Below are positions 7,552-14,517 of a stretch of 29,780 bases of DNA, piece by piece. This DNA is from a virus (lineage: Duplodnaviria; Caudoviricetes). Under the pieces are notes generated by a model. That model was given only the letters and a program-made list of their open reading frames with translations. It was not told where the DNA came from and did not search any database. Where the stretch lies: positions 1-29,780 of the IMG/VR virus record IMGVR_UViG_3300043410_000189. The stretch is one strand, 5' to 3'. Both the position numbers and the translations under genes were made by a program. Positions within the stretch are counted from its first letter, which is position 1. Each line of letters begins with the position of its first letter.

Positions 7552-7645
7552 AAAAAAGCCTTAACGCTTTCGAGGTTACGGACTCTACTCACGCTAAGGA
7601 CTTAAAATGTTTTCAATGTAGCCGTAACTCTACAATGCTAATATA
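7552..7645 (-). ncRNA. Structured leader/attenuator upstream of HNH (promoter TATATTAG, terminator whose loop pairs with the 5' segment)
   Basis: GTTACGG (7628-7622) complementary to CCGTAAC (7581-7575), which lies inside the CCTTAGCG/CGTTAAGG+T6 hairpin. Confidence 0.55.
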
Positions 7646-7646
7646 G

Positions 7647-8171
7647 CTATTTTTCTAACTCTTTTGTTTTTTGCTTGTATTCAGTTATTAACAATTTTAA
7701 CTCATCTATAGAATATTTTTTGATTTCTTGAGATTTATCACTTAAATTTTCAAATCTTTCAAAACCTATTTTTTTTATTAAATTTTCCCTATAAGATATG
7801 AGATGGCCGTGCTTATATCGGTTGCAGGTTACGCATTGAGCGTGTACATTATCTTCGTTGAATGTTACTGACTTATGTCCACCCGTGCTAAAATAATGTC
7901 CAGCATCGTACTTATCCCCGAGTTTTAAACCACAACTAATACAAGGTTGAGATTTATCTCTAAGTCTTATGTAGGTGTTGAATACCTTTTGGGCTTCCTT
8001 CATCCAATCTGAAGTGGTTTTCAGTTCGTTTTTCATTCGTGTTTTCGTCTGCTTCCAAGTCTTCTCTTTTGTTTCGGCTACAAAAGCACGTATGCACTCA
8101 TCTTTTAAGCAGTATTTTTGATTGAATCGTATAGGCTCAAACTTCTCCTTGCAGTTCTTGCAACGTGTCAT
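7647..8171 (-). CDS. ninG: NinG/Rap-like recombination endonuclease
   Basis: CKNC, QKYC, AQKVFNTYIRLRD, PCISCG, DAGHY, NVHAQCVTCN. Confidence 0.9.
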   Translation of the reverse strand: MTRCKNCKEKFEPIRFNQKYCLKDECIRAFVAETKEKTWKQTKTRMKNELKTTSDWMKEAQKVFNTYIRLRDKSQPCISCGLKLGDKYDAGHYFSTGGHKSVTFNEDNVHAQCVTCNRYKHGHLISYRENLIKKIGFERFENLSDKSQEIKKYSIDELKLLITEYKQKTKELEK

Positions 8172-8425
8172 CAGAATTTAATATTAGATTCAATCCATTG
8201 ACGAAAGGCTAATTGTAAGTCAATTTGTTCGTTAAAAATCTGCTCTCTGTTTGATTCGTCTATTCGTAAAATTAGTTCGTCAGTCTTTCTGATTTCATCA
8301 ATTAGCATGTTCGCTTTGTTTTTTAATGCTCTTTTGAAAATAGACTGATCATTTAAATCCTCAATAAAGTCTGCCAATACTGGTAGGAATGCCGTTAAGG
8401 CTACGAGTTTTTGTTCTTTTGTCAT
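8171..8425 (-). CDS. Hypothetical protein
   Basis: Tightly packed ORF in the early operon. Confidence 0.7.
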   Translation of the reverse strand: MTKEQKLVALTAFLPVLADFIEDLNDQSIFKRALKNKANMLIDEIRKTDELILRIDESNREQIFNEQIDLQLAFRQWIESNIKF

Positions 8426-8431
8426 TGTTTA

Positions 8432-8686
8432 TTATTTATCGGTTTTTAAAAAATTACGTGCTTGATTCTTGTTTTTGAATCGGTGTACTACAAATTGTCG
8501 TTGCTCGAAGTCATATCGTGTAGCCCATAGTTCAGACAATACTCTTGCTCGTTCACATTTGATACATACAATGCATCTTCCTTTGTCGCTTGGTATTTTG
8601 TGATGTCTTCCATTGACTTTGAATTTGTCGATGGTTTTGAGTTTTTTACATCTAAAGCATCTTTTTGTTTCATAGTTCGATTCCAT
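8432..8686 (-). CDS. Small zinc-finger protein
   Basis: CFRC ... CIVCIKC motifs. Confidence 0.65.
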   Translation of the reverse strand: MESNYETKRCFRCKKLKTIDKFKVNGRHHKIPSDKGRCIVCIKCERARVLSELWATRYDFEQRQFVVHRFKNKNQARNFLKTDK

Positions 8687-8966
8687 TGTATTTGATTTCG
8701 TCTTTTAGTCGTTTTACTTCTGCTTGAAGTTCTAAGTTTTTTATGATTAAAGCGTGGTTATCTCTTCCAGATTGTTTAATTATTGATTCAAGATTAGTGA
8801 TTAGTTCCTCTGCTTCGTTTATTTGTAGTTCGCTTTTTTTACTTCCTTCAATATAATCTAACTTATCGGGTCTTTCTTTCTCTATTTTTTCTCTTCCGTT
8901 TTTTAGTCGTTGTTGAATAGCCCAAAGGTTTGACTTTACTGTTATTATTTGTAACCAAATATCCAT
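8670..8966 (-). CDS. Coiled-coil hypothetical protein
   Basis: Heptad-rich C-terminus; starts just after the helicase stop. Confidence 0.7.
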   Translation of the reverse strand: MDIWLQIITVKSNLWAIQQRLKNGREKIEKERPDKLDYIEGSKKSELQINEAEELITNLESIIKQSGRDNHALIIKNLELQAEVKRLKDEIKYNGIEL

Positions 8967-8969
8967 AGC

Positions 8970-9902
8970 TTAAAAATTGTTAAATCTACGAAGTTTCTCT
9001 GATGTGCTTAACATCTCACCGTCTTTCAATTGTGTTTGAATTTCTTTAGGTCTGTAATTTTCTAAAGGGTCTATTCCGTTTATTGTGAATCCGATTCCTG
9101 AATTAAAATTACAATACACTGGCTCGTTTAATGCCGTATGCTTTCCGCCAGTTTCCGTGTCCTTAACTTTCTCTACACCTACCCATGTTATTAGTTTCAT
9201 TGTTTCGTGTTTGATTAGTCGGTGTATTACAAACATATCGTCACATCGATTCAAGAATGCCTTACCGCCCTCGATATGGTCTTTAAGCGGTGGTTTTAAA
9301 TGACCTTTCCATTCGCCATCTTGGTATAAGTTACCCGTTCTTCCTGATTCAGTATTAGGATGCGTGTTTATGTAGATTGTCATTCCAGTCTGATTAACAA
9401 ATTGTCTTGCTCTATTCATAAATTCGTAGTTACCTGCAAATGACATCTCGCGATCAAGTCCTGTAAATGGGTCTATCAATCCTACATTTGCTCCACTCTT
9501 TTTAAATAGCTCAAGAATCTCATCTGGTTTGTATAGTTTTGAATTATCAATAAACATAAAGTATTGCTCTAAGAAAGCTAAATCACTCGAAATTTGTGAA
9601 TGGCTTAGTTTACTAAAGTGCTTACCTCTGTACATTTGAATCATATCTCGTAGGATTTGACCTTTTTGGTTCTCTCCTGACCATATGCAGAATGTTATTC
9701 CGTGTTTTAGTGCAAGTGCAAGAAAATACCAATTAATCCAATACGTCTTACCAACGTTATCGTGTCCTAAGATTATGTTAAGTTGCTTAGGCTTGAATCT
9801 TAAATGCTCATCTAAGAAGCAGTCAAGTCCGAGTCCTTGTTTGATTTTACCATCTCTCACATCCAATAGGTATTGTAGTGCATCTCCTTGTTTAGTTAAC
9901 AT
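8970..9902 (-). CDS. DnaB-like/SF4 replicative helicase
   Basis: Walker A GHDNVGKT, WSGEN, Walker B LIDPF, NTHP, VEKVK; follows the initiator. Confidence 0.8.
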   Translation of the reverse strand: MLTKQGDALQYLLDVRDGKIKQGLGLDCFLDEHLRFKPKQLNIILGHDNVGKTYWINWYFLALALKHGITFCIWSGENQKGQILRDMIQMYRGKHFSKLSHSQISSDLAFLEQYFMFIDNSKLYKPDEILELFKKSGANVGLIDPFTGLDREMSFAGNYEFMNRARQFVNQTGMTIYINTHPNTESGRTGNLYQDGEWKGHLKPPLKDHIEGGKAFLNRCDDMFVIHRLIKHETMKLITWVGVEKVKDTETGGKHTALNEPVYCNFNSGIGFTINGIDPLENYRPKEIQTQLKDGEMLSTSEKLRRFNNF

Positions 9903-10525
9903 AGTCCTAATTTACGTGCTAAAATTAATTCTTTAGGTTCTTCTACTTGATTAGATTTAGATTTATCTTCCCATGTTCTAATTGCTGCTTTCCAGTCTTT
10001 CATTTTGTTTTTACCTACCATCCATCCTTTTGATTCATAGAAGTCAAAGAACTTTTGCGAATCTACGTTATTATTTCTTTCATGACAATAAGCCGAAACT
10101 TCTTGAAGTGAAGGCACTATAAATAACATTCTTTCTTTCTTTTCTTTCTTGTTAGTTGTTAGTTGTTTGTTAGCCGCTTGTTGATTGTTTGTTAGCGGCT
10201 TGTTAGTGTTATCATTTTCATCTTGGTAACAATCATATTTTGAGATAGTTACAATAGTAAATTGGCTTGTTGATTTTAATTCAATTTCGTTTGTCTTTTC
10301 TAACTTTTTCAAAATTGTTCTAATTGTCTGAATTGATATACCAGTAGCGTTAGAAATGTTACCTAAAGACGAAATGAACTGACCTCGTTTTACTTCCACA
10401 CCTTGCCACTTTCCATCCTTGTGGTTAGCTTTTAAAAGCATATACATAAACAAGTGAACTGCCTCAGATTTATTGAACCATTCCCACTCTAAAAACTTTC
10501 GGTGTATTTTAATCCATCCGCTCAT
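9896..10525 (-). CDS. Replication initiator (replisome organiser-like)
   Basis: N-terminal GWIKIHRK plus wHTH; low-complexity linker encoded by iterons; C-terminal PSLQEV..FFDFYESKGW..KMKDWKAAIRTW. Confidence 0.85.
   Translation of the reverse strand: MSGWIKIHRKFLEWEWFNKSEAVHLFMYMLLKANHKDGKWQGVEVKRGQFISSLGNISNATGISIQTIRTILKKLEKTNEIELKSTSQFTIVTISKYDCYQDENDNTNKPLTNNQQAANKQLTTNKKEKKERMLFIVPSLQEVSAYCHERNNNVDSQKFFDFYESKGWMVGKNKMKDWKAAIRTWEDKSKSNQVEEPKELILARKLGLC
10149..10210. repeat. Putative replication-origin iterons inside the initiator gene
   Basis: Five TTGTTAG copies; 19/20 repeat at 10163-10182 and 10185-10204; next to an AT-rich tract. Confidence 0.7.
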
Positions 10526-10682
10526 AATAATCTTTTAGAATCTGAATTAAATCTGCTACTTCTTCTTTTTCAAATAAAATTCCATCTCCTGTTCCGATTA
10601 ATAGCAATCTTCCTGTGTGATTTCCAATTGTAATTTCTAACCTGTCCTCACTTAAAGTTTCATAAACTTCTTTTTTAACCAT
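10509..10682 (-). CDS. 57-aa hypothetical protein (not in the ORF track)
   Basis: MVKKEVYETLSEDRLEITIG...YYERMD; A-rich leader before ATG; overlaps the initiator start. Confidence 0.65.
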   Translation of the reverse strand: MVKKEVYETLSEDRLEITIGNHTGRLLLIGTGDGILFEKEEVADLIQILKDYYERMD

Positions 10683-10702
10683 TTTTTAAAAATTTAGTAA
10701 AT

Positions 10703-10804
10703 AAAAAACCCCTGCATATCATCACGGCTGGACTTGTGAATCAATACAAGGGTCAATAAAACCTTTAGAGTTTATGGTGTCCAGCCAACTCGTCTACAAA
10801 TATA
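10703..10804 (-). ncRNA. Structured leader/attenuator upstream of the replication operon (promoter TATATTTG at 10797-10804)
   Basis: GGCTGGAC (10786-10779) complementary to GTCCAGCC (10733-10726) in the loop of the ACCCTTGTAT/ATGCAGGGGT+T-tract terminator. Confidence 0.6.
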
Positions 10805-10816
10805 ACGATAAATAAT

Positions 10817-11209
10817 TTATTTTGTTTTCTTTAAAGTGAATTTATATATTCCGTCTTTTATGTCTTTTTGTATTTGTACCATTTGCCAGTAGCTTTCACA
10901 GGCTAAGATGTCTTTAATAAGATTGTCTTTAGAGCGTTGTGGTAGCAAGTCAAATTGAAAGTGTACTCTTAGGTCATTTGTCGTATTTAAATATACTGAG
11001 TCATTCTTTAAATTGTCTGCTTGTCTGAGTCCATGTAAGACTGTTGCATGATCAAGCCAGAACATTTCACCTATGTATTTAAGCGTGAAATTGTGCTTTC
11101 TTAGCATTGTGTACATGAACATTCGATTATAAACCTTTCGTCTATTTCTATCACGTTTACGCAAGTCGTATGCGTCAATCACTTTTTTTACTTCTTCTAA
11201 ATCTAACAT
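10817..11209 (-). CDS. DnaA C-terminal-like HTH protein
   Basis: TLKYIGEMFWLDHATVLHG resembles the Bac_DnaA_C motif IG..F..DHTTV.H. Confidence 0.7.
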   Translation of the reverse strand: MLDLEEVKKVIDAYDLRKRDRNRRKVYNRMFMYTMLRKHNFTLKYIGEMFWLDHATVLHGLRQADNLKNDSVYLNTTNDLRVHFQFDLLPQRSKDNLIKDILACESYWQMVQIQKDIKDGIYKFTLKKTK

Positions 11210-11349
11210 GGTGTAACTATAAATTTTCCGTCATTATATCTTCCTGATTCGAGTAAGTCCATCTTTTTCCAATAGGCTAAACTCTCACTTGTAAAAATCC
11301 ATTCTTGAACTACTACGAGTCCTATTTGGTATGTTAGTTTAAATCTCAT
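11203..11349 (-). CDS. 48-aa hypothetical protein (not in the ORF track)
   Basis: MRFKLTYQIGLVVVQEWIFTSESLAYWKK...TPC; ATGA overlap with the upstream ORF. Confidence 0.65.
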   Translation of the reverse strand: MRFKLTYQIGLVVVQEWIFTSESLAYWKKMDLLESGRYNDGKFIVTPC

Positions 11350-11468
11350 ATCTCTTGCATTTTAATTTCACAAATTCGATTATAAAGGTCGTAGTTAAAC
11401 GAAGTCCAAAATCTGTCTAATTGATAGTTTTTAAATGAAGCCAACGAAATCGCCGAAGTCTTCGTCAT
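11346..11468 (-). CDS. ~40-aa hypothetical protein (short form of the listed 11346-11591 ORF)
   Basis: MTKTSAISL...DRFWTSFNYDLYNRICEIKMQEI; the shorter start avoids a long overlap. Confidence 0.5.
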   Translation of the reverse strand: MTKTSAISLASFKNYQLDRFWTSFNYDLYNRICEIKMQEI

Positions 11469-11760
11469 CGTATCGGTTATTTTCTTCTTCTCTGATTTCA
11501 TCGTAGAACCAATGGAACTCATTGTCAACATTTCTGCACAATGATTCATAGGCTTCGTCTGCTTGTTTAATAGTGACTTCTTCATCTTCATTCCATTTTA
11601 TTAGTGTAACATCGTATTTGTATTGGTCTTCCATAAAATCCCAGTAGAACTGAACCTCGAAAGTACCGATTAGTAAATCTTCATCTGAGTAAACCTCAAC
11701 ATCTAAAGTTCGTGTGTGAGCGCATTTCTCAGTACAATAGAAGTGATATTTATTTTGCAT
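11431..11760 (-). CDS. Highly acidic hypothetical protein
   Basis: Very D/E-rich with many aromatic residues; early region. Confidence 0.7.
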   Translation of the reverse strand: MQNKYHFYCTEKCAHTRTLDVEVYSDEDLLIGTFEVQFYWDFMEDQYKYDVTLIKWNEDEEVTIKQADEAYESLCRNVDNEFHWFYDEIREEENNRYDDEDFGDFVGFI

Positions 11761-11977
11761 CGTTTCGAGTTATTAGAAGTCCGTATTTTTGTAGCACTGG
11801 CGATTGCTCGTGGTGTTTAACTTGCGAGTTATATGTCTTTACGACTTTAGTTGGATATGTGTTTGTCGAACTGAGCCACAACAAAAACACGAATCCACAT
11901 AACGCAAGACCAATTCCTTTAAATAAGTCCTTGTCGCAGTCTTCCAACATTCTCCATTCTTTAATAATTGTTTTCAT
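11750..11977 (-). CDS. Small membrane protein
   Basis: TM segment GIGLALCGFVFLLWL; GCTATGAAAA start context. Confidence 0.7.
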   Translation of the reverse strand: MKTIIKEWRMLEDCDKDLFKGIGLALCGFVFLLWLSSTNTYPTKVVKTYNSQVKHHEQSPVLQKYGLLITRNDAK

Positions 11978-12132
11978 AGCATTTGAATTATATAGTTAAA
12001 AATTAAATCGTTTTTTTCTACTTCTGATTTAGCGTAAGCATCTGCTTCTAAGTGCGAGCTAAACGCTTTTACTTCACGATAAAGAGTCGTATTATCTTCA
12101 CGCAAGTAATAGATTTTAAATAGCTTCTCCAT
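11974..12132 (-). CDS. 52-aa hypothetical protein (not in the ORF track), paralog of 12304-12465
   Basis: MEKLFKIYYLREDNTTLYREVKAFSSHLEADAYAKSEVEKNDLIFNYIIQML; ATGA overlap with the downstream gene. Confidence 0.65.
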   Translation of the reverse strand: MEKLFKIYYLREDNTTLYREVKAFSSHLEADAYAKSEVEKNDLIFNYIIQML

Positions 12133-12292
12133 CTTCAATTTGTTCAAGTAATGTATTTAACTCATACCATATCGCAGAAGCTCTTAAAGTTGATATATCA
12201 TCAGAACCAAAATTCTCAATGCAATCTTGTAAATAAGTATAAGCCTCCTGCTCTTTTGACTTGATTAAGTCGATAATTTCTTGTTTTGTCAT
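12116..12292 (-). CDS. 58-aa hypothetical protein (not in the ORF track)
   Basis: MTKQEIIDLIKSKEQEAYTYLQDCIENFG...EDGEAI; GCTATG start. Confidence 0.7.
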   Translation of the reverse strand: MTKQEIIDLIKSKEQEAYTYLQDCIENFGSDDISTLRASAIWYELNTLLEQIEDGEAI

Positions 12293-12303
12293 AGCTCAAT
12301 TAA

Positions 12304-12465
12304 TTAAAGTTCAAAGATTTGAAATGTAAATAAATCATTGATATTTGATGTTGCGATAATTAGTTGTGCGTATGCTTGCGCACTCTCTAAGTTTACAAAC
12401 TCATCAGTCTTGCTAAATAGTTCGTTGTTATCGATGTCTTGAAATTCAATTTTAAAAGTTTTCAT
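12304..12465 (-). CDS. Early hypothetical protein (start at 12465, MKTFKIEF)
   Basis: ACGCTATGAAAA start context. Confidence 0.7.
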   Translation of the reverse strand: MKTFKIEFQDIDNNELFSKTDEFVNLESAQAYAQLIIATSNINDLFTFQIFEL

Positions 12466-12469
12466 AGCG

Positions 12470-12703
12470 TTATTTATTAATAAATTCAATTACTTGATTA
12501 ATACTTCTTGCGGTTTTATTCCAATATGATAAACCCAAATCATTAGCATAATTAAATACTGAAAATTTAACTCGTGAATCGTAGCCTGATTTTTTACCAT
12601 TGATAGAAGTTAACTTAATAACCAGAGTTCCATCAACATAAATCAATGTTTCTTTGTCCTTTGTTAAGTTACAAACTTGTTTTGTTGTTGTGATAGTTTT
12701 CAT
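12470..12703 (-). CDS. First early gene, hypothetical protein
   Basis: Follows a canonical promoter; ACGCTATGAAAA start context. Confidence 0.75.
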   Translation of the reverse strand: MKTITTTKQVCNLTKDKETLIYVDGTLVIKLTSINGKKSGYDSRVKFSVFNYANDLGLSYWNKTARSINQVIEFINK

Positions 12704-12728
12704 AGCGTTTTTGTTAATTGGTTATATG

Positions 12729-12759
12729 CAAATATAGATACTATTTACAACCTACCAAA
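12729..12759 (-). promoter_or_regulatory. Canonical Bacteroidota sigma-A early promoter TTTG-N19-TATATTTG
   Basis: caaatata at 12729-12736 and caaa at 12756-12759. Confidence 0.8.
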
Positions 12760-12838
12760 CTTTTTCACAACTTTTTTCACATTATTTTTAAAATCGTAGT
12801 ATTTACAAGGCTTTCAGAAGCAAACTTTTTTTACGTTT

Positions 12839-12971
12839 TAAGGTTTTACCATTATTTTATGACATGATATATATGATTTTACCCTTATTTTATACGTGAA
12901 AAACACTTAATGCAAAGGAATTATACTTAATAAATTGTGAAAATTCATGCAGTTAGTCGGAATTTAACCGA
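12839..12971. repeat. ~21-bp-period array of bipartite motifs (TGA/GGA-N6-7-CTTA/TGCA/CCGA)
   Basis: Right half-sites start at 12884, 12906, 12926, 12948 and 12968. Confidence 0.5.
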
Positions 12972-12991
12972 TTGTGTATAGTGTATTAAAC

Positions 12992-13018
12992 AAAAAAGCC
13001 TCCGATTAAAGAGGCTCT
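12992..13018 (-). terminator. Intrinsic terminator ending the late region/sRNA
   Basis: AGCCTC-N8-GAGGCT followed by TTTTT. Confidence 0.85.
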
Positions 13019-13051
13019 TACGCTATGAAAATGGAATATGTCACAAATATA
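12992..13051 (-). ncRNA. Candidate ~50-nt antisense sRNA (promoter TATATTTG, seed UUUUCAUAGCGU, terminator)
   Basis: TTTG-N22-TATATTTG promoter; seed at 13031-13020; AGCCTC/GAGGCT hairpin plus T6. Confidence 0.6.
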
Positions 13052-14083
13052 CTAAAATAGGTGACTAATTCGGCAAACTTGTCCGTGATTTTTATGATGT
13101 ATAAATCCTTCAATAGCTTTTGGTGCGTGTTGGTAGCCTGAACGGTGATGCCAAGAGTCTGCCCCTGAAGGTGATCTCAATGATTCTACAGTGACACCTT
13201 GATAGTCTTTGCTTTCCTTATGGTGAATGTGGTGTATATAAACATACCTACGCTTGGTTAAGCTCCAATCTAATGGGAACTCAGTAGCTAATAAAAGAGG
13301 TAAGTCTCCGTGTTTCGCTCCGTCTCCGTGAGTAGTACCGATTAAGTTCTCTCCGTATCTAAACGACTTGCGATGTGAAATAGAGCAGTCGAAAGTAATA
13401 TTTGAAGCCTCACGAAAATGTGTTTTGATAACATCTGCAAGAAAAAATCCATGTGTGTAATCATGGTTAGAAGGATTGAACACAAAATGCACGTCAGCCA
13501 AAGCAATAAGTTTTTCAAGTATTTCAACATATAATTGTTTTGCGGTTAGAAAATTAGCGTACCACATTCCATCGGTGTCTTGTGGAGTTCCTGAGGTTGT
13601 AGTTCGTCTTGGTGAGTCAATGTGTAGAATATCGTTACCACCAATAAATAGAATCTTATCTATGTTAAATCCTGATGACTTATCTAAAATTCCTTGTACA
13701 CCCTCTAAAACACGTTGTACCGCAATCTGAGAGTTGTAATCTTCTCCAGTTTCAAATGAATCGCATAGCTTACCGATATGAACGTCAGCAGGATCAATTA
13801 CTAATAGATGCCCTTCTTTACTTGGGGTTCGTGTAATCGTAGGATAAGACGGAGAATGCTCTGCAATGGACTTAATCAACTCATCTTTAAACTCGTTAAA
13901 CTTGTCTTGTTGTCCATTAAAGTTTGGATTCTTAAAGAATAACGAAGCTGACTTGTTTTTTATCCACCCGTGTTTTACATCTTTGTCATCTAACCCAAGT
14001 GAGTTAGCTTCTTGTTTTATCGCTCTATATTGTTCGATGATTTCTACCTCATCTGATTTTAAGCGATAGCGTGTTTGTTTCAT
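13052..14083 (-). CDS. Calcineurin-like metallophosphoesterase
   Basis: DVHIG, GGNDILH, SNHD, HGD and HHIHH motifs. Confidence 0.85.
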   Translation of the reverse strand: MKQTRYRLKSDEVEIIEQYRAIKQEANSLGLDDKDVKHGWIKNKSASLFFKNPNFNGQQDKFNEFKDELIKSIAEHSPSYPTITRTPSKEGHLLVIDPADVHIGKLCDSFETGEDYNSQIAVQRVLEGVQGILDKSSGFNIDKILFIGGNDILHIDSPRRTTTSGTPQDTDGMWYANFLTAKQLYVEILEKLIALADVHFVFNPSNHDYTHGFFLADVIKTHFREASNITFDCSISHRKSFRYGENLIGTTHGDGAKHGDLPLLLATEFPLDWSLTKRRYVYIHHIHHKESKDYQGVTVESLRSPSGADSWHHRSGYQHAPKAIEGFIHHKNHGQVCRISHLF

Positions 14084-14517
14084 AGTGTGATTTTAAAATT
14101 CTTGAATAGGAAGTGCGTAAACATTCCTATAACAAAACCCAAAACTAATAATAAAATGTTAGGTTTTACATTCTTATGTTTTTCAGTTTTATATTTAGAT
14201 ACCTCTACTTTTTGAATCATTCTTATGGTATCTCGTTTTATTTTGTATTCGATACGTGTTTCAAATCGTGTTTTAGGTACGAAAGAGCGCTTGTAACGAA
14301 TTATTGTATCTTTTTGGACTAATACCTTCTCCCAAGCAATAGAGTCCCTTAAAACGTACGGAATTGAGTCAATAGATGTTATTTGAATTGTATCGGCAAC
14401 CTCATCGCATTTATAGCCTTTCTTGATTGCTTTGCGTAGGTGGTAGTTAGCTGAACACGAACCTAAAATAATTAAGGTCGAAATGTAGAGCGATAGTCGT
14501 TTAATCTGTTTATCCAT
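14080..14517 (-). CDS. Unimolecular spanin-like lipoprotein
   Basis: Lipobox IILGSC near the N-terminus, C-terminal TM ILLLVLGFVIGMFTHFLF; follows the endolysin. Confidence 0.65.
   Translation of the reverse strand: MDKQIKRLSLYISTLIILGSCSANYHLRKAIKKGYKCDEVADTIQITSIDSIPYVLRDSIAWEKVLVQKDTIIRYKRSFVPKTRFETRIEYKIKRDTIRMIQKVEVSKYKTEKHKNVKPNILLLVLGFVIGMFTHFLFKNFKITL

Noticed and set aside
8488-8673. Alternative 61-aa ORF with an ATGA overlap
   Set aside because: It is nested in the frame that carries the paired CxxC motifs and has no recognisable features.
12759-12781. Tandem CTTTTTCACA repeat upstream of the early promoter
   Set aside because: It could be an UP element or operator, but two low-complexity copies are too little evidence to call.
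13025-13060. Plus-strand mini-ORFs starting at the inverted ACGCTATG motifs (11 aa here, 9 aa at 19370)
   Set aside because: Very short, with no plus-strand promoter seen. The promoter and terminator orientation favour a minus-strand RNA, though this is not fully excluded.
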